A DNA stretch of 64,000 nt, taken from assembly GCA_051362555.1 (NCBI GenBank), contig CM120646.1:12276001-12340000 (forward strand), written 5' to 3'. Under the pieces are notes generated by a model. The model searched no databases. It worked only from the letters and a program-made list of their open reading frames with translations, and was not told the origin of the DNA. This document shows, in pieces, positions 36,095 to 49,700 of this stretch (positions are counted from its first letter, which is position 1; every line of letters begins with the position of its first letter). The stretch comes from Lingula anatina (taxonomy: Eukaryota > Animalia > Brachiopoda). The position numbers and the translations under genes were made by a program.

Positions 36095-38164
36095 TTAGAT
36101 AAATAGACGGTCATTTGGTTCTCTGGTGTATGGAAAATGTGCTTATAATATCTGCCACCCTGGTAAGCCAGAGACATGTCCGTGAATAAGTAGTGAAAAA
36201 TCAATCCGTGGTACTGGTTCAGCGGTAACAGCAGGTTATGCCACGTGCAGGAGAACACGCTTGAGCTGCAGTGATATCTACGGAGCGTAGGTTTATTTAC
36301 ACTAGAGTATGCAGCTGAGCATTGAGGACCATTAATTAAATTTACAGTCGGTGACCACACGCTGCAATCTTCTGACTTTCGAGTGCCTTAATAATGGTCC
36401 CTTAATAATGACCGTCTCTTCCTAGCAACAGTTCTGATACACATGGCGATATTGTAGGAGTTGAGTTGAAAATGGAGCTATATCTCAGTTAAGGATCCTT
36501 TATTTACAAAATGCTCAAGTGATTCCAAGAAATTGACCACTGCCCTTTATTAAATTCATTTTATTAAATTGATCCTAGGTGTTTTGTTCTACTGAATTGT
36601 TAAATCTCATGAAGTGGGCTATTCAGTAATAGAAAAACAAGGCAGTTTGCCAAGATCCAGAGTTTGGTCTCTTCTTAAAATGCCGTCAAAGATGGCTAAA
36701 TCACAAAAGCTAGTTTTACAATGCCGTTATGAAGTGTGACAGTGAGTCACCTGTCATCCTGAAATTTGTCACGAGAAGAGAACCTCTAGCTAAAGACGAC
36801 CGAGAGACAGGGAGAAAGACGACAGATGGTCATCCAAGACATCAATCCTTCACAGCGCGTGCAGGGATCTCTGGGCAGTCTGGGGGAAAACTCCGCCTGG
36901 GTCCCACCATTTAGACGCACGGCTTTTTAGGTTCCTTGCCTCCGGCCAGGACGTGGCTAGTTCGCAGGGAAGGAATCAAGCAGCTGTTGATCATGTCGAA
37001 AAATTTCTACGTGTTGTTTGCGTCCTCCAAAAATCGCACGATGAACGTGCTCTTCACGCACGAACACTCACGTTTTCCCCGTTGTTTTTGGCCGTAGACC
37101 ACACGTAGCAGCCCGTACATTCGGTTGGGACCTAGGCTTTAGTCTGTGTGCGCGAGAGAAGGACACCCGTTTGCGATTAAAGCAAATTTCATTTTTCTTG
37201 TCATGAAAATAGCTGACACCCCTGTGACAGTATTGCACTAAGGGTTCAGTTGTCCATATGTGCAATGAAAATATCCGTATGATAAAATAAGTTGAAAATA
37301 ATTTCATTTCAGTTGCACTGATTCACTCTAGCGTATTGTTTCTGTTGCACTAGCTGGCTGTGTTTTGATTCTTGATAATATTGACAAGATTTATCTTGAC
37401 TTGTGAAGATTGTGGTTTTGAAAAATAGAATGTTTTTTGTTTGAACAAATGTGAATGTTGAAAGTTTTTTGATTGACGTATAGTGTCGTCTGATAAGACG
37501 CAGAAGCAAGCATTTGCTGCATAAGATTTAAAAAACATGAATAACATACAAATAATATGACTGTTTATGAAAATTAGTTCAGTGTTTATGCAACAAAATT
37601 TAAGAGAACAAAAGTTCTAACAGTAATTTTTTTTAGAAGTTATTTTAAAATGCCGGTGTTTAGAGTCAGTTAAAAATAAACAGTAGTCGAAAGTTGAGAG
37701 AAAGGCAGTCAGAGAATAACTGTTTTTTTTTTATAAACTTATTATTAAGTTTGTAAAAGATTGTGTATCCTCAGAAGCAGAGGAAATAGAAGCGAAAATT
37801 TGTAGTTGCACAGAGACAGGCGTTCATTCATGAGAAGCCTGACAATAACGATTAAACTTGCAGCGACAGAATTGGGACACTGTTTGAGTATTTTTTACAG
37901 AAAAAAAGACAAATTATTGTATAAATAGAAGTCTTTTTTATTCAGGATAAGAATAAAATATCACAAAGGAGACTATAAGCATTACACGTATCACATCGTA
38001 TGCTGATTTCTATTTCATAACAAAAAACTGATATTTACTAATGGATGCTTGCCACTTGTTATTGGGTAGATATTATTCCATCACTTTCTTATCTTTGCGG
38101 ACCTTAGGGCCCACCAGTATTTCTGAAGCATTTTATCCAGTTCATAGACCATGTATGGACCATA

Positions 38165-38445
38165 AATGGCTACAGTCAATCTAAGACAAAGGTATAGCCC
38201 TACCTTACTCTGTACAAGGCCTATCATTACAAAGAACAGGACTATAGCCATATTCATGACATGGCTATAGCCTTATAAATATATCGTGACTTTCTATAGC
38301 CACATTAAATATAAGGCTACAACTATACTGATAACATGGCTATAGCCACACATATTACAAAGATATGCCCTGCCCTGCTGAGTCTAAGAGCAAGACAAGC
38401 TTTACATCTAGACCAAGGCTAAAACCTTCACTGGTACACAGCCTT
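38165..38445. repeat. Degenerate minisatellite with a period of about 23-24 bp and palindromic core GGCTATAGCC
   Basis: Core variants near 38168, 38191, 38240, 38263, 38292, 38315, 38338 and 38417. Confidence 0.6.
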
Positions 38446-38740
38446 AAAACATTTATTTAATCCCACACCTGCCCAATATTTCAGAATCACCTACTTGTAG
38501 TTCAGATCCCTTTGTCTTGTTAATTAATCTTCATTTTTTTTTTGGCAAAAAAAGGCTGTAACAAAATTATTCACAAACAAAACATGGAAAAATTACATGA
38601 AAGCATGCATAATCATCAAAATAACTATTTTCAAAACAATGAAATATAACAACTGCGTGTGAAACAAGGGTAACAATGGGCAACTAACAACAAAGTTATA
38701 TGCAAAAAAAAAAAAAAAAAAATTGTCATGGCAAGACTAT

Positions 38741-38996
38741 GACCCAATTTCCATACCTAGAATGATCTAGCAGGATCGACCTATCTCAGAGGAGATTCTC
38801 ACTCAATTGCATTCAGATTACGCTGCTTAGATGTCTGACATGCCTACTGCAGCTGCTAAACAATAGTTTCTTACCCCTTAACAGCTTCAGAAGGCATGCC
38901 AGACATCAGAGCCACTTACCCTGAATGTAATATAGTGAGAGACCCCGTGGAGATGGGTCGATCCAGCTAGATCAATCTAAGTATGGGAATTGATTC
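38741..38996. mobile_element. Diverged relative of the same MITE family downstream of the CIC stop
   Basis: GACCCAATTTCCATAC...GTATGGGAATTGATTC with internal palindromy and TSD TAT/TAT. Confidence 0.75.
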
Positions 38997-41212
38997 TATG
39001 AAACTATTACTATAACCCCTTTCTCTTCAGGTTGTCCTACTGTGTTTAGTCAAGGTATATTTTAGACTGGGCACAGGTTTAACTGGGCTTACTTGTTTAT
39101 CATCATTAACATGTAGACAAATGTTATTCCATTAATAGGCTGTCTGATGATGTAAGTTTGGCCAATTTCATGCCACAAGTTTCCCTGTCTGAACAGTCCT
39201 TAAAAAGCAGCACGGTTTCGACTAAAGATCAATAATTATCTTTGCCCCCCCCCTCCCCGAAATTAGCCAATAACATCTGTTATTCAATTGTACCATTCTA
39301 AATTGGATAATATTAAATCAAAGTACATATGGTTATATAGTACTAGAGATAAATGATATTGATTCATTGTCTCCAGACTCATAGGGAATGCTTCAATTAT
39401 ATTCTATAACATATCATAGTAATTTATTGACTCATCCTTTAATACTTCTGTACAAAGCTGGGATGATTCAGTAAAAAGCATGCAGAAAGAACCTGTTGGA
39501 AAATAGGAGGTGGATCAACCACAATGAGATCACACACATGGTTTTGGCATGAGTAAAAAAAATGAAACAAATGTTTCTTGGCATCATCTTAATTTTTTTG
39601 TGCTGTCCGACTTATGTGTATTTGAGTTCATAAATGAAAGAAGACGAAGGAAAAAAAAAGCCTGAACATAAACATTTTTAACACCACGCTCTCTTTCTGT
39701 GGCCCTTACTGGAGCAAGCTGAAAAATGGCTTTCTCCTCATTTCCAAATGTTCACCTCAAAATTTAAATTTTGGGCTTGGGATGCACTTTGACCACTTAT
39801 AAAGGGTGTAACATATCCTTCAGGCATGCAAGTAGACTGTTTAAAAAATAGGAAGATTTTAGTCAACAAAAATTCCCTTTTAAATTATAGAGATACCATT
39901 AAATTACTACCAGCTGATCAACAGACCTACAATCCTTTGAAACATTTTTCTTGCCTTGAAACTATAAGGATTTCAATAGCAAAGATACCATGGAATTAGA
40001 GCCTTGTTATTTTGAATGCAAGAATGAGCAACATGTTTTCAGAAAAAGCTACAAAATGCTTGACCCAATAGATATGAATAAGTGCAAATAGCCTGGAGTA
40101 CACTACAATACAGGTGTGAATTTAAATATGCAGTGCCATCTATAGTCTAAATTATGAACCTAATCAGGCAGATGTGAATGCAATAAAATCTCTGTACATT
40201 GCTAATGCAACTACCAACGTTTACCAATATGTACAACATCACCAAAACCAGTCTGAATGATATATGGATCCAAACGCTCTTAGTCACTTGATCAATCAGG
40301 CATTTCATGCCAGGTCACATGACCAATCATGTGACCTCATGTTCAGCCATGTGACCACAAATCGAATGTCACAATGTAACTACATGGTGGGTAAAGACGC
40401 GACAAAGCATGCATAAAATCGATCTTCCTGATTATCCTGACTATCCTGATTATCCTGACCAACAAAGTGAGTGTAACATTTTTATGCTGTAGCTCTGAGT
40501 GCTGATAATTTCTCTATGCTGCTCGGGAAAGTATACAAAGTATATGAAAACTTCTGTAGGTACCCACAATACCAATTTTTACGAGATCCTGTATGACAGC
40601 AAGAGGGAGCACATCAAAATTGCCTTCATTTGTCTTTCACACACTACACTTATTCCATGCCTTGACCTAATATGGCATACTTACATACAGCTATGATATA
40701 GTTTGTTTTCCTATAAGAGTATATCATATATACAGATCTATATACAACCATACTTCTACATGACCTCTCCTGTAACCTTAACAAACCATAACAATTTCAT
40801 ATATACAATAACTTTATGACTTGGAGTCCTATCCCATCTTAAAACAGTCACTGGGTAACTGGTGAGCTAATTCCAAGGTCAAAGGTCATAGTTGCACCCA
40901 AACCCACCGATTTGATCACTTTCGTAAAGGAGTTTTTTTTTTCACAACCTAACTCTCATGACAGTCATTAATACCAGTTTAATGACTGTATCATGTAGCT
41001 GAGAGTAAAAGCATAAACTATTGATTTTAGAAGTGATGCTGATATGGATTTAAACCATCAACCTGACTGCTTTTAATCATAACACAACAATGTCATATTG
41101 AAAAAAAATCCAGATATGTTCTATTAAATCCAATAAGCAAATTCTTCCCTAATAACAAACATCAGTTCTTAGTGTGACTATGCAAGTGACATGGGAATGG
41201 GACGGACACTGT

Positions 41213-43683
41213 CTAGACTTTCTCGTTACCCACATCTTTATCAGCTGCCACTGACCCTTGGTCACTGCCCTGTCCTGGTAAACCAGACCCTGGCTGGTCA
41301 CTCATCTGCCCCTGGTCCAGGTCCTGCCCAGACTGACCACTCGCTCCAGCCATTTTACTTCCTGAGGCACAGGACAGTGTGGTCACTGTTGAAGATGATG
41401 TGGACGCTGTAGCTGTGGCTGTTGTTGTTGGTACTGTTACTGCTGATGGAGAAGCGCTGTCTGTGCTGTTAGTGGTGGTGGGCACCTCGCTGGGGGTGGT
41501 GGGTAGGCCATCGGGGAGGACGTTGGCCATCATTTTCTGGCGCACCTCTCTGATCTTAAGCTGGAGGCATACCTTTTCAAACATCAGTAAAATTTGTTAT
41601 TTATTCAACATTTTGAATATTGTATATAAAAATATAAATAAAAATAAAAATTGAAAAAAAAAGAATAGTAAACTGAGCTCTAAATGATAAATTCTTACAT
41701 CAGATTGCTCTGCACATCTAATTCTACTTATATCACTTCTGTAAATTCTCCACATTTGTTACAATTTTATTCAGAGATTGTCATTAATGTTATAATGGTA
41801 TACCTTAGAAGGAAAGATGTCTTGGTACTTGGCCTGGAATGCTGCTGTGGCTTGTGCTGGAATCAGAGATTGATGGAGAAATTACAGTATTGTATTACAC
41901 ATCACTGTGGATAAATTTTAACTATTCTTAAATGAATATAAATAAAATAAAATAAAGCAACACTGTCAGGTGGAAATCAACATTTTAGTACTGGACAATG
42001 TCAAACACTTTTGATCAGATAACTTGGACATGATCGACAAATTTCAGTCTAAAACTCAGATTCTTTGCTTGATAACACTGGATAATATTGAAATATCGAT
42101 TATTATACACTTTTGACTTTTTTGAGATCTATGGAGCTGTTTACAGTTCAATTGGTCTGTTAAAAAACTTCTACTACCTGAAGGGAACCAGCCATACTCT
42201 TCAAATAACTGCATCACAAGTTGTCTTCTTTGGTCTAAAATTCTCCTCAGGGATGAGAAGGCCCCTGGAGAACTGGGGGTCTTAGGTGTCATGGGGGATG
42301 GTAATTCGCCCTCGTTGAACTCTCCACCTATGGAAAATGATAATAAAAATAATAAATGAAAATATCAATAATAATAATGATGAAATACAAGTAAAGATTA
42401 AACTAAAGAGACCACATATTTGCTTTTTAGTGCCACTAGCAAGGGCCCCGAAAATTTTTGGTATTTTAGAGGGTGAATGGTACCATTTGATATAGGTAAG
42501 AACTATGCTTCAGCTAGTCAAAATTCCAATTTCAAGAGGGGACCAGAAATTGAAGGGGGGGTCAGGCCCCCTTGACCTCCCCCTCCTCTAAATCCACCAC
42601 TGGAAATAAGGTACCTTAAAACAAACAATTTATTAATCGTGTTCAGATTTAGTGGTGAACTTAGGTACCTTGTCTCTGTGTAAAAGCTGCCTCTGCCAGA
42701 GCCTCCAGGTTAAAGTTACTCCCAAAGAACTTGGTGTCCTCAAACCTTCCACTCTTGGGTGTCATTGGCGTGTTGGAGGCAGTGTTGGAGGTGGTGGCAG
42801 TGTTTGGTGTGGAGTCTGCATCTGAGCCATCATGGTCAGCTAGAAAATAATCCAGTATGATATCATGCAATATCTAAGTTGAGAAATTATATAAATCTAA
42901 ATTTTTTTTATCTATATCATCTGAAATAATTTAGGGTGTGCTCTATATCAATCTTATAGTTAGAATATCAGATATGATTTAAAAAAATTCCATGGGAAAT
43001 CATGATATAACAACAAATTCAATTTAACATCAATCTTGGAAATCAACTCTACCAGACGTCAGTCTTTTGTTTCAAATCACACAAAGCAACATTTTAAAGC
43101 TGAACGGTAGTTTTGGACACTGGTCCCAGCCAATCTTAAACAGATTCTACAGTAAGAGACAAAAAAAAAAAAAAAAACAGGAATTCATATTTTGGTAACT
43201 GTTGAAAGAAACCACGTGGTCTTTAGTCTTTACAATACCTGTGGAAAAGCTGCGTTTTTTCCTGTATGTGTTGAGAATCACACGGGGACTCTGGGGCAAT
43301 GGCGTCCCAGTCTCGGAATTGTCAGGAATGAACTGAGGGAGTTGTTCAAATCTGCGCTCAAAGTCTACTTGCTCAAGGACCCTGCAAAACAAATATAGCA
43401 ATTCATATAATACAAATTAATTGCTCTTTAATGAGTCTGTCATCCAAAAAGGGTATACATTTTTTGCCCAGAATACATGTGACCGTCTCTCTCTCTTTCA
43501 TTTATAACATTTGAAAATAATTTGGTTAAGCAAAAACAAGATGCAACAAAGACTATAAGCAAGAAATATAATAAACAATTTCCTTTTTAAAAATGTGAAA
43601 ATATGTGAAATATCCTTTGTTTTTGATCCAGCTCTAACCCTGGATAAGGACAATTCAAGCCAAAGTCAGTAACTGCATTTGGC

Positions 43684-43714
<31 letters not shown>

Positions 43715-46700
43715 GCATACATGCATACATACACACACACACACAGCACGGCAGTTTCAATACAGACCTATCCATGCCATCATCCACCTCACGCTTAAAG
43801 AACCTCCTGCGTGGACTGCTGGTACTACTGGGGGAGGCTACTGCAGAGGACACATGTGGCGGCAGCGGGATGGGAGGAGGGATAGGCTTGTGCTTGGTTT
43901 TGTTTTCCAGGGGCTGAAAGTTTAGAAATGTTTCAGTTGTTATAAGTACATCTTTCTGACCCACAGTCATCTTTTAAATTTTTAGAGCAATACTGAGCCT
44001 CTCTATGAATAAAGTGAGGGAGGTCGTCTATCTTGTATGATGACTAAAACTGATCAATTTTACAGGCTAATAAGTACCAAGTATAAACACCATGAAAAAA
44101 GGAGCAAAGGGGAGGGAGTCCAATCAGATATCCAGTCAGAAGTGGTCTTCAATATCCTTACCTTTTTTTCTTCACCACTAGAGCTATCTTGTCTGGTACC
44201 TTCCTCAGTCTCCCCAGAAGTTTGTTCATTGGCTTGTCTTGTACTTCCATCTGTTGCTGTAGTTCCACCTGTAGTCAAAGGAGATTTCTCTTCTTCCCCA
44301 GAGCTTCCTGGCTTATAAATCTAGAATCAAAGTTTTTTTTTAAAATAAAATATGTAATTGCAGATCTAGGATAAGTAGAGGCACCAGGAAAACAGCCAGA
44401 AAAGTACACCTTGGAAAAAAAACAGTTCTAGACTTTCAATTGAAACTTAAGATGTTTTAAAAAGTAGCAAAAGTTCTAGTGGGAGACTACTAAATGTATA
44501 TTTTTCAGGGTAAGAGTTTAAATATTTGAGGTAAAATTGAATAATTATATTTATATTCTCTAGAAATCTAATAATGGGATTGGAGTGAGCATATAAAGGA
44601 TATATCTTGAAATATGATGATGGCCTGAACAAATTAGTTTTAATTGTATCATTGCACTGAAGGTTACTATGAACAAACTTTACAACTCACCTTTCTTTCC
44701 TTCTTCAAGGCATTAAGTCCACTTTCTGCCACAATTTCCTTGTACCTCTTTCCCTTACAAGACCTCTGAGGCTTCTCATCTCCATCATCCCTCCTTTCAG
44801 CATCCTCACCATGACCTTCATCCTTGACCTCTGACCTTTCAAGGTCTTTGGATCTTTCCTCTCTTGGAGTGGGCTTTTCTTGTTGCTGTATCTTGCAGGT
44901 GGAGGCCTCTGCTGGGCTGGATCTGGTGTACTTACAAGTGGCTGTAGTTTGTGTGTCTGTGCAGCTGCCTATAGGGACATTTTAAGTGAAATATATAAAT
45001 ATAAGAGTTGTGATACTGAGATGGGGGCACCCATGATATCTTATCTTGGGCTATAATTTTATAGTATTTATTTGCATAAAAAGATGTTTTTTTAATCTGA
45101 TTTTTAAGCAGATTTCCTTTAAATGTATTGCATGCAGACCCATCTGATTCATTAAAAATTTGTAGACTACTACATATGTTTTCTGTGTTGTCTTCAAAAT
45201 ATTTTTTGTGTGTTTAAATTTAATATAAAGAACAGCTTTAAACTTTCAAAATAAACTTTTAGATTCAAAATTCTGTTGCTCATGTGGCTGTTGGTCCACT
45301 TGCTGCATAACACCACATTCTTACTTTGCACTGTGGTTGCCTTTGTGATCACATCAGTTCCAACAGGAATGGTGGCCACAGACGCCTTGATTCTGGTTGG
45401 TTTCTGAGTTGATGTCATACTACTCACATAACCAATGTCTGTTTTCCCCTCAGATGATGCCATGGAAACAACTTTTGGAGACTTGATATTCATCACACCT
45501 TGATATTCAAAAGTATTAATTTTATATAGGACTTATTTCAACCCAATTTGAATTCTTTATTTGGAAACAAACTCTGATCCTTTCAAGGTTTCATCCTGTC
45601 ACAGAAAATAAAAGTATAAACATTAGAGATCTTTTCCTGCTTCTTTCTTTGCCCACCACTTTCTAGTTCACAAATTATTCTGAAAACAACAACAACAACA
45701 ACAACAACAACAAAAAAGATTTATCTGGCTAGTTTATCATCCATTTGGTGGTAATGTAAGGAATATGGCCTAAACAAGCAAACAAAAGCTAGCATATCCC
45801 AAAAATATGCATTTGGAAGCAGGAACTACACAAGGGATATATATATATCAGCACTATTATCAAGTTTGAAAATCTTACCTTGATAAAAAGCTGGACTCTG
45901 TGCCCCTTGCCCCTGACTTTTAGGTAGCGGCAACTTGGGAACAAATGCAGCGGTGGCAGCGGCGGGTTGTGAGTTGGCTATTACCATCCCTGGGGACTTA
46001 GACTGTTGTGGCTGTAACACCAGCTGTGGCTGACCACTGCTAGCTGTGGCCTGGACTAGTTGCTGACCAGTGTGAACTAGCTGCTGACCACTCTGGACAA
46101 TTTGATGTCCAGTTTGGCCAGAGTGGAGCACCTGTTGTTGGCCTGGTTGTCCAGTTGTGTGGACTTGATTAAAGAGAGAAAGCAAGATACTTAATGACAG
46201 CATATTTTTAAAACAATATCAACATTTATTTTAATTCACATTGCACAAAAAGGTATGAGAATTAGCCAACAGAGATTATATTTTAGATCCAATATTTATT
46301 TTAAGCTTAGTCATGGTATCAGCTTCATATAAATATGATTGGTATCATGTTATTGTTGCTAATTCCATTAAAATAATGACACATTTTTTGCATAAATTGT
46401 TCAACAACATACATACAATGAAAATATCTAGTAAAATAAGATATCACATACAAAAATAAATAAATAAATAAATAAATAATAATAGTAATAAAATTATAAT
46501 AAAAACATGCAAACAATAGATATACTACCTGAACAAATGTGAACTTGACAACAAGACATGCATTAAATTCTAAATCCTCTCCTACCTACATCAAGCCTGG
46601 CATGGAAGCACATAGAGGTACTGTCTTGAAATACAGCAACATCTGTTGGCAAATCTATAGACATGCAGTTTACAATAAATAATAGTAGGGGAAAACAAGA

Positions 46701-49700
46701 TAAAATTGTATTTTTTTTTTTATACTGAAATTTTTAAATAACTCAAAATTTTGCCATTGCCAACAGGAAAAAATAGAGGGAGGGTACCTTAGCGTGTACA
46801 CTATGGTGGATTTTAACTGTCACCGTGGCTTTCTTATTATAGAGGGGACTTCATTTAAAGTTGTAGTTCTCTTGACTGAGAGAATTTAATCAAGACAAAT
46901 TTTATGTGCATCACTAACTGTGAGTGTTTTAGAATACTGTAACATTAGTTATTTGCTGCTGATTTTTACTGTATGTATTTGAAAGGAGTTTTCTCAAAAT
47001 CAATGTCTTCATCCAAAATCACAACATGCTCAAATTCCTCCATGCACAATTCAGTCAAATAACAAATTAAAAAGTGACTGTCTGTTGGGAAGTCTTTGTA
47101 GATATTTGTTTCCTAATTAACTAAATATGAGAGGAGCCACTTGCGATCTAAAAAAATAAAAATTTTTTTCCTTGGGGGACTAGTGGATAACTAATAAGTG
47201 CTGGTCATTCAAAATACACAAAATGCACACTAAGGCCTCCACAATTTCAGCAAGCTTTCCATGCACAGGCCTGGAGAACCAAGCTACCTGATGGAGGGAG
47301 AGTAAAGTAGGCCTGAAAGAGACCAGGACTCCAACCTGCTTGTTCTGCTGTCTTGGCAACGGGTGTAGTTGCTATGGCTACACTTGGCGACTGGGGCGGC
47401 TGGATGTATGTGAATCTGAAAGGAATGAAAAGGATTGGTAAGTTAGACTGCAGCAATAAATAGGATATTCAGAGAGACTGAAATATAATGAGATTTTGAT
47501 ACTCGTGTAAAAATGGTAAAAAAGAAGTATAATTTGAAACTTCCAGTGAAGTAAATGTACACACAATAAATTCATAGATCAAGATTATTTTAAATATTAA
47601 ACAGATATCAAAAAGAAAAAGTTTGTTGGTGCTTACAAGATTTTATGTAAAATTCATTAGATTTAAGACCATAAATAGTGCACTTACGTCTGTGAGGCAG
47701 GCAAGAAGAAATGTGACCCTGCCTGTGACATGGTTGCCATAGCAACTCCAGGAGAGGCCACCTGCATTTGTGGCTTAGGTGTTGCCACGGACACACTAGG
47801 CTGGGTGATGGTGACAAGCTGTGACCCAACTATAGGCATGGCCTGTTGTTTCCCCAAATTGCCATTCATTGTTTGGTTGAGAATCTGCAGCGTCTGAGAT
47901 GCCATCCCAGGAATGGTCTGGACAGCTTGACCTTGACCTTTGGCTGGTGCAGAGGTCACGGCCATTTTGGTTGCTTGCTGTAGTTGCTGCTGGGTGGTGA
48001 ATGTTCCTTGAAAAGGCAGCACTTGGATGTTACTGGAGGTCCCCGGGAGAGTCATGTGTAACACATTCCCAATCTTATTCCCCTGCGCAGGCTGCAAAGT
48101 TACGGAGGGCAAAATATACTGAAGGGTCGCCCCAGCACGTGGTGCCCCCTGCTGGTTCAAATTCAAAGCCTGTGTGACTGTCTGATTTTGCCCCGTTGCC
48201 AAAACGCCCTGCTGTGGCCTCAACACAGAATAGGACAACATGGCCGGTGCCTGGTTTTGTGTGTTTGCAGCCTGTGATGGGGCAATATTCCTCAACGTGG
48301 CCGTAATGAAACTCGGACTCTGGACATTAGCTGCTGTGCTCTTGGCTGTGGTGGTCACTACAGATGGATTTATAATGGCCATCCCTGGAGCTGGCCCTGG
48401 CACCAAAAATGCCCCTAGTTTCTGTGTATTGGGCAGTATAGTCTGACCAGCCAAACTGACTGGGGGCTGCTTGACCACTCCTGGGCTGTTGGGCAGACTG
48501 GGTCGAGGGGTCAGTGGTTTTGAGGCTATGGGAATAGGGCCTGATTTCACCGCAGATGGCTGTGGCAATTGTGGAGAGGAGGTGGCTGCCTTGGCTTGGC
48601 TCATCTTAGTTGGCTTGGGCGACACCTATAGTTGTGAAGGAATATCATGAATATTAGTCACATAGGCAATAAGTAATAGAGAAATTATAATATTTTGATA
48701 ATTTCAATAATTGTAAATACAAAGAATATAAGAAGCACCAAAATAGGATGATTTTCTTCTCTTAAAAATTATCCTCACACTTGTATTTTTTCGGACAAGT
48801 GAGAAAAAAGGTCAAACAATTGGAATCCATAAACCATATCTTATTGAGTCATAAACATTCCAATAAGTTCTCACTGGGACAAGCAGCTACTAGTAGCATG
48901 TCTATATAAGTCACAGCAAGATGCAAGAGGACGGGTTTTCATGAAACTTGACATCCAAATAAAATCAATCTAATAATAATAGATAAAAGTAATAACACAA
49001 TCCTGTGTTTTTACTGACCTGTGTCATTTTCTGCATAATGGCTCCCTTATCCGCCATGTTGCCTGGTCCCACAGCCTGTACTGTGTTAGACTGCACAATG
49101 ACATGCTGCTTGTCTTGGGTTGTCATGGTAATATTATGGATAGATTTAACTGGGGTTGTCTTGGGAGTAGAGGGGGCCACTGTAGTCTGTGGGGACAACT
49201 GTTGGCCAGCAGATTCAGGTCTCACTTTGGGTGCATGGGCTTTAAAAACGGCTCCCTTCGGCTGGAAAACGCTTCCATTTGAAGAAGGTCTTGGGATATC
49301 CTCCATGGAAGGAGAACCCTAAAATGTTTTTGAAATATACAAAATAATGTCTGGCAATGATACCTGTTAAAAACATTTTTTAGCATGATTACATAGATTA
49401 CTATTTTTTTCAATATAAAACTCTCTGTCAGGTCAGCATTATTGTTGGCAAAACTAAACAAAATAAATAATCTCAGAACCTAATAGATTTTGGCTCCAAA
49501 TATCACAGACATTAAAACTACTACCAACCTGTGATTTAGGCGAATCTGCCAGCATTTTGATTGGTTTGGGTCTCACAGTTATGTCTGCTGCAGTCACAGA
49601 CTTCATGACAGGAGAGAAGCGTTGCTGTGGAAATGCTTTATTCTGAAGTCTTGCCTCATCTTCTGATTGGCTGTCAGAGTCGGAATCGGAGACATGTTCT

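Noticed and set aside
38165-38445. CRISPR-like appearance (palindromic repeat with variable spacers)
   Set aside because: The cores are only about 10 bp and degenerate, spacers are about 13 bp, there are no cas genes, and the context is eukaryotic.
41191-49322. + strand ORFs opposite CIC exons (e.g. 41379-41654, 48240-48446, 49005-49322)
   Set aside because: Antisense shadows of low-complexity CIC exons with no independent splice or motif support.
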